This document shows, in pieces, positions 46,756 to 56,862 of a stretch of 64,000 nucleotides of DNA. Source of the stretch: a virus (lineage: Duplodnaviria > Caudoviricetes); IMG/VR virus record IMGVR_UViG_3300023105_001451, positions 59,504 to 123,503 of that record; one strand, 5' to 3'. The translations under genes were made by a program, and so were the position numbers. Each line of letters opens with the position of its first letter. Position 1 is the first letter of the stretch. The notes below the pieces were generated by a model. That model saw only the letters and a program-made list of their open reading frames with translations, ran no database searches and was not told where the DNA came from.

Positions 46756-47081
46756 TGGTCTCTCCCTCCATCAAATACACAAATAAATTCTAATCCAAAG
46801 TCGGTATTATTGTGTACTTTGTGAAATACATTATCTTCAACTAGTACAGTATCGCCTTCTTTAACATCAAATATTTTGTAATCTAATTCCATTTGTCCGT
46901 TACCTTTTGTAAAGATATAAACTTCTTCTTGTCCTGCATGTCTGTGACCAGTTGTGCTTTTATGCGCTCTTAGTTGTGTAGAACTAACAACTAAGTTTTT
47001 AAGATGAGTGTTGTCTTTTACAGTGTAACGTTCATCTTGCTTAACAACTTCTCCACCAATGTCCCAATTGCTGTATTTCAT
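46752..47081 (-). CDS. Cupin (sugar isomerase-like)
   Basis: GHRH..QEEVY..G.G..GD....FHKVHN. Confidence 0.75.
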   Translation of the reverse strand: MKYSNWDIGGEVVKQDERYTVKDNTHLKNLVVSSTQLRAHKSTTGHRHAGQEEVYIFTKGNGQMELDYKIFDVKEGDTVLVEDNVFHKVHNNTDFGLEFICVFDGGRDQ

Positions 47082-47329
47082 TTGTCATCTTCCGGCAATT
47101 TAATTACATTATTTTCATTAGCAAGCATTTGTTCTTTAATGTCGTAAACTTGCTCATGCTTTATCATGTTGATAATAGTATTGGTTAAATCAACTTCTCT
47201 ACGCAACCAACCAATCTTACGCTGCAATTCTTCTAGCTCTTGTAGATAAAAATCTAATTCTTGTTCTTTACGTAATTTTTGCTCAATAAAGTCTGATATA
47301 AGAATTAATTTTTGTTCATCACTCATCAT
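47078..47329 (-). CDS. Hypothetical coiled-coil protein
   Basis: Operon-packed. Confidence 0.6.
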   Translation of the reverse strand: MMSDEQKLILISDFIEQKLRKEQELDFYLQELEELQRKIGWLRREVDLTNTIINMIKHEQVYDIKEQMLANENNVIKLPEDDK

Positions 47330-47432
47330 GCATCCTTTCAGCTAACTCTTTTAACATTGCTATAAGTTCTTCAATAGTATTTAGGTCTGAAGAATTATCA
47401 GTGTCGATTTCTAGTTCAAGTTTTACTTTCAT
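47319..47432 (-). CDS. 37-aa hypothetical protein (not in ORF track)
   Basis: MKVKLELEIDTDNSSDLNTIEELIAMLKELAERMHDE; GGAG upstream; fills the gap. Confidence 0.55.
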   Translation of the reverse strand: MKVKLELEIDTDNSSDLNTIEELIAMLKELAERMHDE

Positions 47433-47437
47433 ACATT

Positions 47438-50110
47438 TTAATCTCCAAAGTCAAACAAACTGTTGAACGTAGTATGTTGTTTAGTATCCTCTAGTGGATA
47501 GTTAAGCACACCAATCAAGTTGTCTAACTTATTATCAATAATAGTTTCTGCCATTGCTGCATCATCAAATGGCAGTTCCTTAAACCACTCTGGCAAGCGT
47601 AGCTCATCTGTTGGATATGCAACACTTGTATAGCCTAGTGGATTTTGTTTTAGTTTACAAACAATAACTTTCATACCGTCTACAATCTCTTGCGAGTATT
47701 TGTCGCCATTCATGCGCTTTAGTGTATTCCAGTTAATGCTTGCCCGCACGTGGCCTGGCATATTTGCCTTGCCTTGTTTTTGTTCAAGACGCTGATAGTG
47801 TCCAATCTTGTTTGCACGTTTAGGCGAACCTTTTTCCCAACCGGGCATTTCTTGAAACTCTTTACGGAACACTGTAATACGTTCTAGTACATCTTCTTGA
47901 GATACATCTGTAAGCACCATTAGCAGTAGTTCGCTAAGAAACTTTTGCATAAACACCGGCGTATCTGAACGGCGCAAGTCCAAGCCCATTGCTTTTACTT
48001 TACCTGGCTTGCCATCTACATCTGTTCTAAAACCTTCGTTATCAATTACTAGTGCCGCATAACGCTTCTTGGTAATGTACAAGCCTGACTGTGCAACAAT
48101 TTCTCTACCTGCTGCAATAACATCGCTTCGTGTTTTAGGACAATGAAATGCTTGCGCCATAAACTTTTCAAATGTAGTATTAGCTTGTTCAGCTACTTGA
48201 TCGTATAATGCAATAGCTTTTTCAGCACTCCATTCTAGTTTACCTGACTCTATGTCATCTTGAAGTACTGGCCAAGCACTAAAGTATACAGAGTCAGTAT
48301 CGCCATAGATAACACTTTTACCTACGTGATCATATTCGCCTGTAATAACATTATTAACTTCTGCACTCATGTGTTTAACAATTTGTCTGCCTGTTAACGT
48401 GGTACTCTGTCCTATACGTTTGTCAAAAAATCTGCAACCAGGATTAAGAATGGCCCCATAAAGAGAGTTAAGATTAATCTTCTTAACAAGTTGTCGTTTG
48501 TCCCAATACTCAATCTCCGCATCAAGGCCTGCGTCTTTGGCCTTCTTAAGTTTCTTCTGAAGTTCTTTTCGTTCTGCATACCACCTCTTTAGAATACCAG
48601 GAATAACTCCTTCAAATTCTGTTGTAAAAATAGTACCGTTAGCACTAAGCATCCACGGCATTTGACTGTCAAAGATAAGTTGATAAATCTCTGCACCACT
48701 TAGTACATCTGAACGTCCATCTTCCCAGTCCACAGTAAGTGCAACATCTTTACGTTGATCCATAACTGCTTCATATTCTTCTGTACTAAAGCGTCCTTCC
48801 CAACTACCTGCAAATGACTTTTTCTTTAGCGTCATGTCTTCGTGTACACGGGCATCTGAAATCTCTGGACGTATCTGTCCTACGATAGTTTCTGGAGCCA
48901 TATTCAATGCACGAATCACACTTGGATACAGTGAGTTTAAGTCCATTGAAGCAATCCACTTGTGCAATCCTTTTTTAGGAAATGCAACATATGCACCTGC
49001 CGCCTGTGTACTTTCAGTGTCGTCACGCTTTGGACGATTAGGAACACGTAAATCTCTGTTGTGTGCTTCATTAATAATGCCTTGCTCTGTTACAGCAACA
49101 GCACCCATTGTTGTTTGCAGTAGAACAGTGTTCTCGTGTGCAATGCTGTTAGACAAATCAATAAAGCGTAGCTTCTTGTCTAGTTTATCAAGCAATGCAG
49201 TATCCTGAATGTTATATTCAATAAACTTGCGGAAGTCATTATTGTATAATTGATCCAAGGTACCTTCATATGGCACCTTGTTTTCGCCAACTTCAATTTC
49301 ACCAATTGCATCTAGTCGATATGAATGTCGTTCTTCATATGTGTACTTACGATAAAGTTCAAGACTGTCTAAATGCACACGACCTACTAAATCAAATGTA
49401 ACTGCTTGCTTCCCGTATTTTTCATACTCACGCTTCTTAGGCAATTGACCCCACAAGCAGAAACGCCTTGTATCATCTTTACTCAATACTCGTGAAACAC
49501 GATTTACAGTGTACGGAATATCGTAACCTTCACTGTTCCAACCACTTAGTATGTCTGCATCTTGTATCAAGTCCAAGAACGTGTTTAGCATTTCGCCTTC
49601 GTCCTCAAACAATACAACACCGTCTAAGCCTTCTACTTCTTTTTGTGCCTGCTCCATTGTGAGTGTCTTTGGTGGAACAGCAAGACACACCATTGTTTCT
49701 AACCATTGCAAGTATACAGACACTGACGTAATGGGCATAAAGGGATCCGCTGGATCAGCAAAACCTCTATCAGGATCAAAGTCTGTCTCAATATCGAAAA
49801 ATGCAATGTTTAGTTTAGGTGCGTCTTGGTTAAGATAGTTTTCACTTAAACATTGGAAGATTGGATTAATATCGCTTTCAAACAAGTCCTTGCCTTTGTT
49901 GATAGCAACTTCTTTGCGAAAGTCTTTTGTATTTTTACATACAATACGGCTTAGTGGATCACCGTACACACTCTTGTATTTGCCTTTAGGGTCTTTGTAA
50001 TAAAATGTATATTTTGCAGGATATTCTGTAAACAATCGTTTACCTTCGCGTCTTTCAACGACACGGATAATATCTTGATCACGATCAAACATCGCGTCTA
50101 CGTATGGCAT
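47438..50110 (-). CDS. Family B DNA polymerase (gp43-like)
   Basis: FDIET, GWN...YD, DLNSLYPS, K..LNSLYG, YGDTDS, KKRY. Confidence 0.97.
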   Translation of the reverse strand: MPYVDAMFDRDQDIIRVVERREGKRLFTEYPAKYTFYYKDPKGKYKSVYGDPLSRIVCKNTKDFRKEVAINKGKDLFESDINPIFQCLSENYLNQDAPKLNIAFFDIETDFDPDRGFADPADPFMPITSVSVYLQWLETMVCLAVPPKTLTMEQAQKEVEGLDGVVLFEDEGEMLNTFLDLIQDADILSGWNSEGYDIPYTVNRVSRVLSKDDTRRFCLWGQLPKKREYEKYGKQAVTFDLVGRVHLDSLELYRKYTYEERHSYRLDAIGEIEVGENKVPYEGTLDQLYNNDFRKFIEYNIQDTALLDKLDKKLRFIDLSNSIAHENTVLLQTTMGAVAVTEQGIINEAHNRDLRVPNRPKRDDTESTQAAGAYVAFPKKGLHKWIASMDLNSLYPSVIRALNMAPETIVGQIRPEISDARVHEDMTLKKKSFAGSWEGRFSTEEYEAVMDQRKDVALTVDWEDGRSDVLSGAEIYQLIFDSQMPWMLSANGTIFTTEFEGVIPGILKRWYAERKELQKKLKKAKDAGLDAEIEYWDKRQLVKKINLNSLYGAILNPGCRFFDKRIGQSTTLTGRQIVKHMSAEVNNVITGEYDHVGKSVIYGDTDSVYFSAWPVLQDDIESGKLEWSAEKAIALYDQVAEQANTTFEKFMAQAFHCPKTRSDVIAAGREIVAQSGLYITKKRYAALVIDNEGFRTDVDGKPGKVKAMGLDLRRSDTPVFMQKFLSELLLMVLTDVSQEDVLERITVFRKEFQEMPGWEKGSPKRANKIGHYQRLEQKQGKANMPGHVRASINWNTLKRMNGDKYSQEIVDGMKVIVCKLKQNPLGYTSVAYPTDELRLPEWFKELPFDDAAMAETIIDNKLDNLIGVLNYPLEDTKQHTTFNSLFDFGD

Positions 50111-50186
50111 TCATTTCTCCTCGTTGCTTGTGGCCAACTTAACCATCTACTTGCCCAGCTATTGCTATTGGCGTTATAATTATATA

Positions 50187-50411
50187 TCAGAATAAAATTC
50201 CTGCAACATAAATTACGGTTAATCCTGCGTTCATCACTATTAAACTTTTTTCCTTCCAGAGTACGCCTACAAGTATCCATAAGCTATTACTGACTATAAA
50301 TGCCCAAATATATAAAGGGTATATATTAAATGCAGCAAGAAGGGCAGCACCTAATAGACATACTGTTGCTATCCAACTTAGCCATTGATACGGTTTTTGT
50401 TCTACCACCAT
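50187..50411 (-). CDS. Small 3-TM membrane protein
   Basis: Hydrophobic helices; reminiscent of PnuC/SemiSWEET half-transporters. Confidence 0.55.
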   Translation of the reverse strand: MVVEQKPYQWLSWIATVCLLGAALLAAFNIYPLYIWAFIVSNSLWILVGVLWKEKSLIVMNAGLTVIYVAGILF

Positions 50412-50686
50412 TGTGCTGCTACTCCAAAACCTACAATATTGATACAGCTAAAGTAAAAAGTTAGTAATAGAATCCAAGGCAATCCACGTCTATAACTTGC
50501 ATAACATTGTGTGCTACTACCTATAAAAAAGCCTGGATAAACAATCATCATGTTAGGATTGTCTGCATTTAACGCTAGTGTCATACTAGCGGATACTGTA
50601 AATATAAAACTTACTAGTTCAAACCAAAATGCAATCTTATCACTACGATAGCTGTCTAACCAATAACTTTTTATTTTAACAATCAC
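50402..50686 (-). CDS. Small 3-TM membrane protein
   Basis: Hydrophobic helices. Confidence 0.55.
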   Translation of the reverse strand: MIVKIKSYWLDSYRSDKIAFWFELVSFIFTVSASMTLALNADNPNMMIVYPGFFIGSSTQCYASYRRGLPWILLLTFYFSCINIVGFGVAAQWW

Positions 50687-50943
50687 TTATCATATCCTAG
50701 TGTAGTAATAATAGTTTCTAAATCGTCAAACTCATCATAATGACGATCCCAGTCGCGATTTTTAGCAACCTTGATTGCTTTGTTAATAAGACTTGGCTTA
50801 ATATCCATTTCTTCTGCAACAGCTTTTACAGTTTCTTTTAACCCTGTTTGTAAATCTTCTACTTCTTGAAGTACAGTTACACCTTCTCGAACTAGTTTTT
50901 CTAATTTTGCTTTTTCTTCAGCACCATATGTACGGTCACCCAT
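50683..50943 (-). CDS. T4 DsbA/GapR-like dsDNA-binding protein
   Basis: Helical 86 aa, LKETVKAVAEEMDIKPSLINKAIK; AGGAGG RBS. Confidence 0.55.
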   Translation of the reverse strand: MGDRTYGAEEKAKLEKLVREGVTVLQEVEDLQTGLKETVKAVAEEMDIKPSLINKAIKVAKNRDWDRHYDEFDDLETIITTLGYDK

Positions 50944-50969
50944 AGGTTCCTCCTGTTAATTTAGTTTAT

Positions 50970-50998
50970 ATTATATGATATTTTTAGATGTTTGTCAA
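50970..50998 (-). promoter_or_regulatory. Sigma70-type promoter TTGACA-N17-TATAAT
   Basis: Perfect consensus heading the polymerase operon. Confidence 0.85.
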
Positions 50999-51633
50999 GT
51001 AGAAAATACTTTTTTATTGTCAAAAGCACGATGCCATCCAAAAAACTGTGCTTTATAATCTGAATGATCATCTGATGATAAGTTGATCCATTCATCCTTG
51101 CGTTGCCATAAACGCATTGCACCGTCATACCAATCGGTATTATCGATGATTTGTTCAAGTCTTTCTTTTGCTTGTGTTGCTTCGTCAACGTTATCAAAAT
51201 CTTGTTCGATATGTATCACTTCCATAACAACTTCATGTGTTACATAATCAAGACTAAAGTCTATTCCCCACTTGGGTTTGATATTTAACAATTTTTGTAG
51301 TATAGGTCTTGTTTTTGATACTTCGATAATTTGATCTCTAGCTTCACCTGCGAATGCATAACGTGTTAACAACATACAATGATCTAAAACTAAGCCGTGT
51401 TCGCTTTGTTCTACATCATGATACCATTCTTGCACTGGCGCAATATGAAACTGTATTTCTCTGTTTAATTCAATACCGTTAGCTTCGTAGTGTAGGTGTT
51501 CTAAAGGAGTCGGAACTTCATATCCATCCTTGTCAAAGTCTTTGAAAGGAAGAGTCTCAACTAGTTGTCTTTGAATAGGTTTGCGAAGATAAGGATCACT
51601 GTTAAATCTAGGATATACATTTACTAGATTCAA
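50995..51633 (-). CDS. Hypothetical protein
   Basis: 212-aa ORF. Confidence 0.65.
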   Translation of the reverse strand: MNLVNVYPRFNSDPYLRKPIQRQLVETLPFKDFDKDGYEVPTPLEHLHYEANGIELNREIQFHIAPVQEWYHDVEQSEHGLVLDHCMLLTRYAFAGEARDQIIEVSKTRPILQKLLNIKPKWGIDFSLDYVTHEVVMEVIHIEQDFDNVDEATQAKERLEQIIDNTDWYDGAMRLWQRKDEWINLSSDDHSDYKAQFFGWHRAFDNKKVFST

Positions 51634-52382
51634 CTGCTATTTTCCTTCCAATCCTTATAAGACATGTCAGCAAATTTTAGCCAATTAAATAATGCTCTAT
51701 CAACATCCAATTTGCTTATTGTTCCGTCTTCTTCAAGTTTTTTATAGATGTTACCGTCAGGAAAACTAAACTGTTGATACATTCTATCTAAATGTCGATT
51801 TGTTCGAGTAGCACTTCCTGATTGTCCGTTAAGCCAATCCCACCACTCTGAATCTCTAGCAGTATTTTGTAGGTGAGTTAACCATGGTTTAATATAATTG
51901 TCACGTAACTCTTGTGCGTCTGTCCATTCAGTAACATCAACATTAACCCAGCTACCGATTTCTGTAGGACCTTCTTCTTGTGTATCGTCTAGATCAAACT
52001 GTCCGCCAGTTTCGCCTTGGTCCATATTCGGAGGTAAATCAAATTCTATCCCTCTTGATAATTCAAAGTAAATGTCGTTCCAAGTTGGCACGCCAGGGGT
52101 ATTTAGTCGTATACCGTATCTTGATGCTTTTCGCTGCCAGGTTCTAGTATCTTGGAGTGGCTGATCGGCTCCGACTGTTCTTTGAAATTGTGCAAGATTT
52201 CTATTAATACGATTTGCATTGTCACCAAAAGAACCAAAGTCAGAACTTGCTCCGCCCCTAACGCCAGAGCGTCTTAACCAATAGTGTGCAATTCGCATCC
52301 ATTCTTCTCTGTCAAACGCATTTGCTAATTGTTGCGAAGTTCTAATAAATCCTGGTTCGTCTTCAAAAAATATGTATCTCAT
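51630..52382 (-). CDS. Hypothetical protein
   Basis: 250-aa ORF with TAATG coupling. Confidence 0.65.
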   Translation of the reverse strand: MRYIFFEDEPGFIRTSQQLANAFDREEWMRIAHYWLRRSGVRGGASSDFGSFGDNANRINRNLAQFQRTVGADQPLQDTRTWQRKASRYGIRLNTPGVPTWNDIYFELSRGIEFDLPPNMDQGETGGQFDLDDTQEEGPTEIGSWVNVDVTEWTDAQELRDNYIKPWLTHLQNTARDSEWWDWLNGQSGSATRTNRHLDRMYQQFSFPDGNIYKKLEEDGTISKLDVDRALFNWLKFADMSYKDWKENSS

Positions 52383-55099
52383 TACAGTTTGCTCATTCTT
52401 TTATATAACGATAGTACTTCACTTTCTACAGTTGCACCTGGAGTTATAACACCAATACGTCTTAAATGATCTCTTAAAGCGTTCATGTTGCTAAATGTCC
52501 AAGTACTTTCGAGATCTATAAAAATACTTCTACCGCTCGACAGACTTTCATATCCGCGATTTATCTTTTCATATGCTTCTTTAGTACGTATTTGTTGTAT
52601 AGCATTTAATATTCTATTGTCATCAGACCCAAAGTTTCTGTCAACTTCTTGCCAAATTGCAATAATGATATTTTGTTCTTGCGGAGTGTAGCCTGTTAAG
52701 CGTGATCTAAGTTCTCCTTGATCAACTGTATCTGCTCCGTCTCTTGTATCTTCTACTTCTTGTAAAAATGCATTAATGTTCCTACTAACTTCATCTTTTT
52801 GCGCTTGTCTGTTTTGGAGATCTTGAACAGGATCGTCAACATTTGGATTTACTTCTAATCTAGGATTTATAAACCCTGGGAAAGTTATTGTTTCATTACC
52901 TCTAAAAGTTCTTCCAAAATCAAGAACTTGCATATATAATTCTTGTAAGTCTTCTTGACTAGCACTACTCATTTGTTCTCTAGTATATTCTAAAAGTCTT
53001 TCTAGTTCTTGTAAACTCTGAGAAGTTCTAAACCATAATTTTGCATTTTCTACAAATGTGCCACTATAGTTTGGATTTATTAAACGCTCTTGAGCTGTTG
53101 CTCTTTCAAGCGGCACAGCATCACCATTTATAAGGAAACTTGCTCTTAAAACATTAGCCAATCTTTGACTAATAGATTCGATTTCTAACAAAGATTTTTC
53201 TTTTGTTTGATCCGTTGTAACTTGTCCATTTATAACAGGAAAGAACATATATGTGTCTTGTCGAGATATTTTAGAAACATAAACTGAATTTACGGTCACT
53301 GTTTCTCCCATTAGTTCTAGTTGAATTAAGTCATTATTATCACCAGCTAATGGTACTCTGTTAATCTCAGTCTCATTATTAATGCCAAAGAATGAACTTT
53401 CTTGTTCTCCAATTTCTTCTGGTGTTGGTACTCCATCAACTAAAGGAATCCAAGCATCTAACAGTTCGACCCAAGGTTCAGCGTAATTAATTTGTAAAAA
53501 AGTATTACCTTGTTGTTCTTCTTCTAAATCTGCTTTATACTTGACTGGATCTCTGTTAGCTACACTTAATGAGTCTAAAACAAACACAAACTCTGCACCT
53601 GAAGGTGCTGTAACATTTACTCTGTTATTCGGCTCATCAATTGACCAACCTTTATCGTCGTCAACTGTTTCTTCATCACTTCCGGGTCTTTGAATACCAC
53701 GGCGTTCTAATTCTGCTTCTATGTCGTCTATTAATGCATCACCTACTACGGCTGATTCAGGAAACCCATCTCCTTCGGTTCCGATTCGATAATTTATTTC
53801 GTTATCTAATTGATACTCGGGAGCAACTACAATGTATTCTTCACCTTCTGGATATTGTAATAATACTATATTTCTAGGTTCGCCTACTGCACGTTGCTCT
53901 GATTCTCTAGAAACTGTAACATCGTTCCAGGGTATTTCTGTTTCACCAGCTACTTCGTCACCTTGTTCAACATCATCTACACCTTGTTCGTCACCTTGTT
54001 CAACATCATCTACACCTTGTTCGTCACCTTGTTCAACATCATCTACACCTTGTTCACCGTCAACTACTGTACGTGCTTGAGTAACTGTATCTTGTTGATA
54101 ATTAGGAAACGCTTCAATGAACCCGTCGTATTTGTTTAATAATTGTTCTAGTCTAGTGCGTTCTTCTTGTGTTAGTTCTCTTTCGAGTAGCACCGAAATA
54201 CTGCTTTTATAGAATACAGGAATTGTGCCTTCCTCGACATTATTGTCATTTAGAATTTCTAGAAGTTCTTCTATTTCTTGGAAATCGTTATGTACTTCTA
54301 TAATGGCAGCAATAGTGTTTGGACCTGCATCACCGTCTTGTGCAAGATCAATTACTTCTGATTGAAATTGTCTAACAGCGGCAGTAGTAGCAGGGCCATA
54401 TTTGCCGTCTACACCATTGCGGCCTACATTTAATCCAAGTGAAACTAAAAATGTTTGGAGCTCATTAATTGCTTCTACTTCGTCTGGATCGTTTGCAAGT
54501 CCTCTTTTGCCGCTATTTGCAAATGCAGATAAGTTTTCAAATCCTGTAACATTAGAGGTTGTAACTTCGTTTTCGTCACTAGTATCATCTATTTCTGTTT
54601 CGTCACTAGTATCATCTATTTCTGTTTCGTCACTAGTATCATCTATTTCTGTTTCGTCACTAGTGCCTTCTATTATATCTTTTTGTATTTTGGCTACTCT
54701 ATAAAAAAGTGTTTCTTCATCTTCAGTTAACCAGTCTTCCATGATAACAGCTGGCAGCATAGAAGCATTTGCTTGAGCAGTTAATATTTCTTCAGTATTA
54801 TCACGATTGTCCCAGTTTCTAGTATAGCCTACAAATCCGTCATCGTCTGCAGGCGTTATCACTACCATTCTAAATTCGCCAGAAACGCCAACTTCTTTGT
54901 ATACACCGCCGATCAAGTTCTTTTTCTCGAACCACTGCGCTGCTGCACTTTCCATATCTCTTCGAATTTCTCTTCTAGATAAGCGAGCATCAAAAAGCAT
55001 ATTACGAACAATTCGAAGACCTTGCTGAAATTCACCACCCCACGCAGGGACGTTTTCTTCTACATATGCTTGTACTTGTGATGCAGAAATCTCACGCAT
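52382..55099 (-). CDS. Large acidic protein with peptidoglycan-binding domain (putative virion or internal protein)
   Basis: ELQTFLVSLG...VDGKYGPATTAAVRQFQ...DGDAGPNT; C-terminal GSDDNRI annexin-like pattern. Confidence 0.7.
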   Translation of the reverse strand: MREISASQVQAYVEENVPAWGGEFQQGLRIVRNMLFDARLSRREIRRDMESAAAQWFEKKNLIGGVYKEVGVSGEFRMVVITPADDDGFVGYTRNWDNRDNTEEILTAQANASMLPAVIMEDWLTEDEETLFYRVAKIQKDIIEGTSDETEIDDTSDETEIDDTSDETEIDDTSDENEVTTSNVTGFENLSAFANSGKRGLANDPDEVEAINELQTFLVSLGLNVGRNGVDGKYGPATTAAVRQFQSEVIDLAQDGDAGPNTIAAIIEVHNDFQEIEELLEILNDNNVEEGTIPVFYKSSISVLLERELTQEERTRLEQLLNKYDGFIEAFPNYQQDTVTQARTVVDGEQGVDDVEQGDEQGVDDVEQGDEQGVDDVEQGDEVAGETEIPWNDVTVSRESEQRAVGEPRNIVLLQYPEGEEYIVVAPEYQLDNEINYRIGTEGDGFPESAVVGDALIDDIEAELERRGIQRPGSDEETVDDDKGWSIDEPNNRVNVTAPSGAEFVFVLDSLSVANRDPVKYKADLEEEQQGNTFLQINYAEPWVELLDAWIPLVDGVPTPEEIGEQESSFFGINNETEINRVPLAGDNNDLIQLELMGETVTVNSVYVSKISRQDTYMFFPVINGQVTTDQTKEKSLLEIESISQRLANVLRASFLINGDAVPLERATAQERLINPNYSGTFVENAKLWFRTSQSLQELERLLEYTREQMSSASQEDLQELYMQVLDFGRTFRGNETITFPGFINPRLEVNPNVDDPVQDLQNRQAQKDEVSRNINAFLQEVEDTRDGADTVDQGELRSRLTGYTPQEQNIIIAIWQEVDRNFGSDDNRILNAIQQIRTKEAYEKINRGYESLSSGRSIFIDLESTWTFSNMNALRDHLRRIGVITPGATVESEVLSLYKRMSKL
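53954..54055. repeat. 3 x 33-bp perfect in-frame tandem repeat (DEQGVDDVEQG)
   Basis: Unit ttcgtcaccttgttcaacatcatctacaccttg. Confidence 0.95.
54571..54664. repeat. About 3.5 x 27-bp perfect in-frame tandem repeat (DETEIDDTS)
   Basis: Unit tttcgtcactagtatcatctatttctg. Confidence 0.95.
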
Positions 55100-55108
55100 T
55101 TATGCACC

Positions 55109-55444
55109 TCAGTTTTTTAGTGATTCTAGCTTTTGTGCTAACTTTTCTTTATAAGACTCTGTAGCCATTTCTGGGTTTACAACACCGGCTTGTCCATTAC
55201 CAAATTTTAGTTCGTATTCTAAGTTGTGAAATACACTACCTAAATAGTCTGCTGCTTTAGTGATTTTAGCCTGTTGCCAACCTTCAAGTCCTTCTGCTTC
55301 TGTAACATTTTTCATCATGTCGTGTAATTGAATTGCATATTTTGCAATTTTATACAGATCGGCACGAGCCATTTGCACTTCATGGTCACGTTCTGCCATG
55401 TGCGCCATATCGCCTAAGCCTTCTTTAAATTCTTCTTTTCTCAT
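55109..55444 (-). CDS. Hypothetical protein (putative internal head protein)
   Basis: WQQAKITKAADYL module; late promoter TAAATA at about 55474-55479. Confidence 0.6.
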   Translation of the reverse strand: MRKEEFKEGLGDMAHMAERDHEVQMARADLYKIAKYAIQLHDMMKNVTEAEGLEGWQQAKITKAADYLGSVFHNLEYELKFGNGQAGVVNPEMATESYKEKLAQKLESLKN

Positions 55445-55479
55445 TAGAGCTGCTCCAAAATACTGTTATAACGTATTTA

Positions 55480-55770
55480 TCAGTTTTCTTTTTTCTTCTT
55501 ACGCTTTTTGTTTACAGTACCGGCTCTACTAATAGTGCCAATTCCGCCACTTGCAAATCCATTTGATGTACCAGCAATTCCACCAGCACTTGTACCACCA
55601 GCTGTGGCAGTTTCGTTAACTTTAACTTCTTTAATCATGTTGCCGCAGCAAGAGCATTTTTGTCCAACTTCATCAAGTGTATGTTTACCTGCACAGTGCG
55701 AACAACTATCTGCAGAACAACCACAACTTGCTTTGGTTTGTGCCTCTGCTAATATTTCATTTATTTTCAT
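55480..55770 (-). CDS. Small Cys-rich protein with ETATAGGTSAG module and basic tail
   Basis: MKINEIL start; GGAGG RBS; TAAGTA at about 55804-55809. Confidence 0.6.
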   Translation of the reverse strand: MKINEILAEAQTKASCGCSADSCSHCAGKHTLDEVGQKCSCCGNMIKEVKVNETATAGGTSAGGIAGTSNGFASGGIGTISRAGTVNKKRKKKKEN

Positions 55771-55851
55771 AATAATTCCTCCAATATTCGTTGCGCTTAT
55801 TAGTACTTAGCCGTTTTTCTTCATGCTCTTTAATTTTAGTAACATAATGTG

Positions 55852-56862
55852 TTACTTCTTCTTCCGTCCTGATTTCATATTTGCGCACCAATGATACATC
55901 CTCGCTTTCTCACCACTTGCATTTTTAGCTCTTTTACGTAATGCAGTTACACTACCATTGCAACTAGCACCTGAACGCTTTACACGCCCTGGTCTGCTTT
56001 TGCCCTTTACCTTACCATCAGCAAAGTTTTCGTCAACTTGTGTTAGCATAGATGCTAAGTATTCCTTATGCTTAGTATTTCCAAATGTTGCTTGTGCTTT
56101 TTTAGGATCTACTTTGTACATTCTAAGCCAGGCTTTAAACTGTGGATCTGGATTAAATGTTCTTTTAAACCAGTCTGCTACTGATTCGTTTTTCTTGCGT
56201 CCTGCACAATGCGCCTTTTGTGAGAAGCCTTTAGGATTATTACAGTTAATTGAACGCTTATATTTTTGACTCCACTTTTCGTTTACTTCTACACTTTCAC
56301 ATATACAAGGGTCTGCATAACATTTCCCACAAACCCAGTCTTCTATGCTGTGTCCGCCCTCCATAAGAGCTAATTGCATAGGTGTAAACTTATCTTCAGT
56401 TTGTAAGACATCTTGTGCTGTGCGTATAGCACGAGTACCTTGTGGATGATTAGGATTGATGCTTACAGTTTCTCCGTTTATCAATTCGCTAATATTCGCT
56501 GCTTTACCGACACTATCTAATACTTGATGTAGTTTATCTTGTGGATCGTAATTGCCGCTTTCGTAACCTTTCTTACCACGAACCTCTACACGATGTTTTT
56601 CTTTAGTATCCATAACGTGCAGAACGTCCATATGCTTGTCACGTTCTAAACGAAGTATAATACCTTCTGCAAGTCCTAAGTTAAATAAGACATTGGTTTT
56701 TGATCCTTTTACTTTTTTACTAAGTGTAGGCGGCTTACCGTCTTTGTCAACAGTATTACCAAACTTTGCAGTTTGTACTTTAATTTCGTCAGTATCAACA
56801 TCTGGTGTAGTATTAACACCTTTAACAATACGCCCCCATTCATTTAGATCAATTAACTTCAT
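55852..56862 (-). CDS. Modular hypothetical protein (putative internal head polyprotein)
   Basis: Short basic Cys/His modules separated by Glu-ending motifs. Confidence 0.6.
   Translation of the reverse strand: MKLIDLNEWGRIVKGVNTTPDVDTDEIKVQTAKFGNTVDKDGKPPTLSKKVKGSKTNVLFNLGLAEGIILRLERDKHMDVLHVMDTKEKHRVEVRGKKGYESGNYDPQDKLHQVLDSVGKAANISELINGETVSINPNHPQGTRAIRTAQDVLQTEDKFTPMQLALMEGGHSIEDWVCGKCYADPCICESVEVNEKWSQKYKRSINCNNPKGFSQKAHCAGRKKNESVADWFKRTFNPDPQFKAWLRMYKVDPKKAQATFGNTKHKEYLASMLTQVDENFADGKVKGKSRPGRVKRSGASCNGSVTALRKRAKNASGEKARMYHWCANMKSGRKKK

Noticed and set aside
47438-50110. Intein or intron in the DNA polymerase
   Set aside because: Continuous 890-aa frame with normally spaced motifs.
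53954-54664. CRISPR array
   Set aside because: Units are directly tandem with no spacers, are multiples of 3 and lie inside a CDS.
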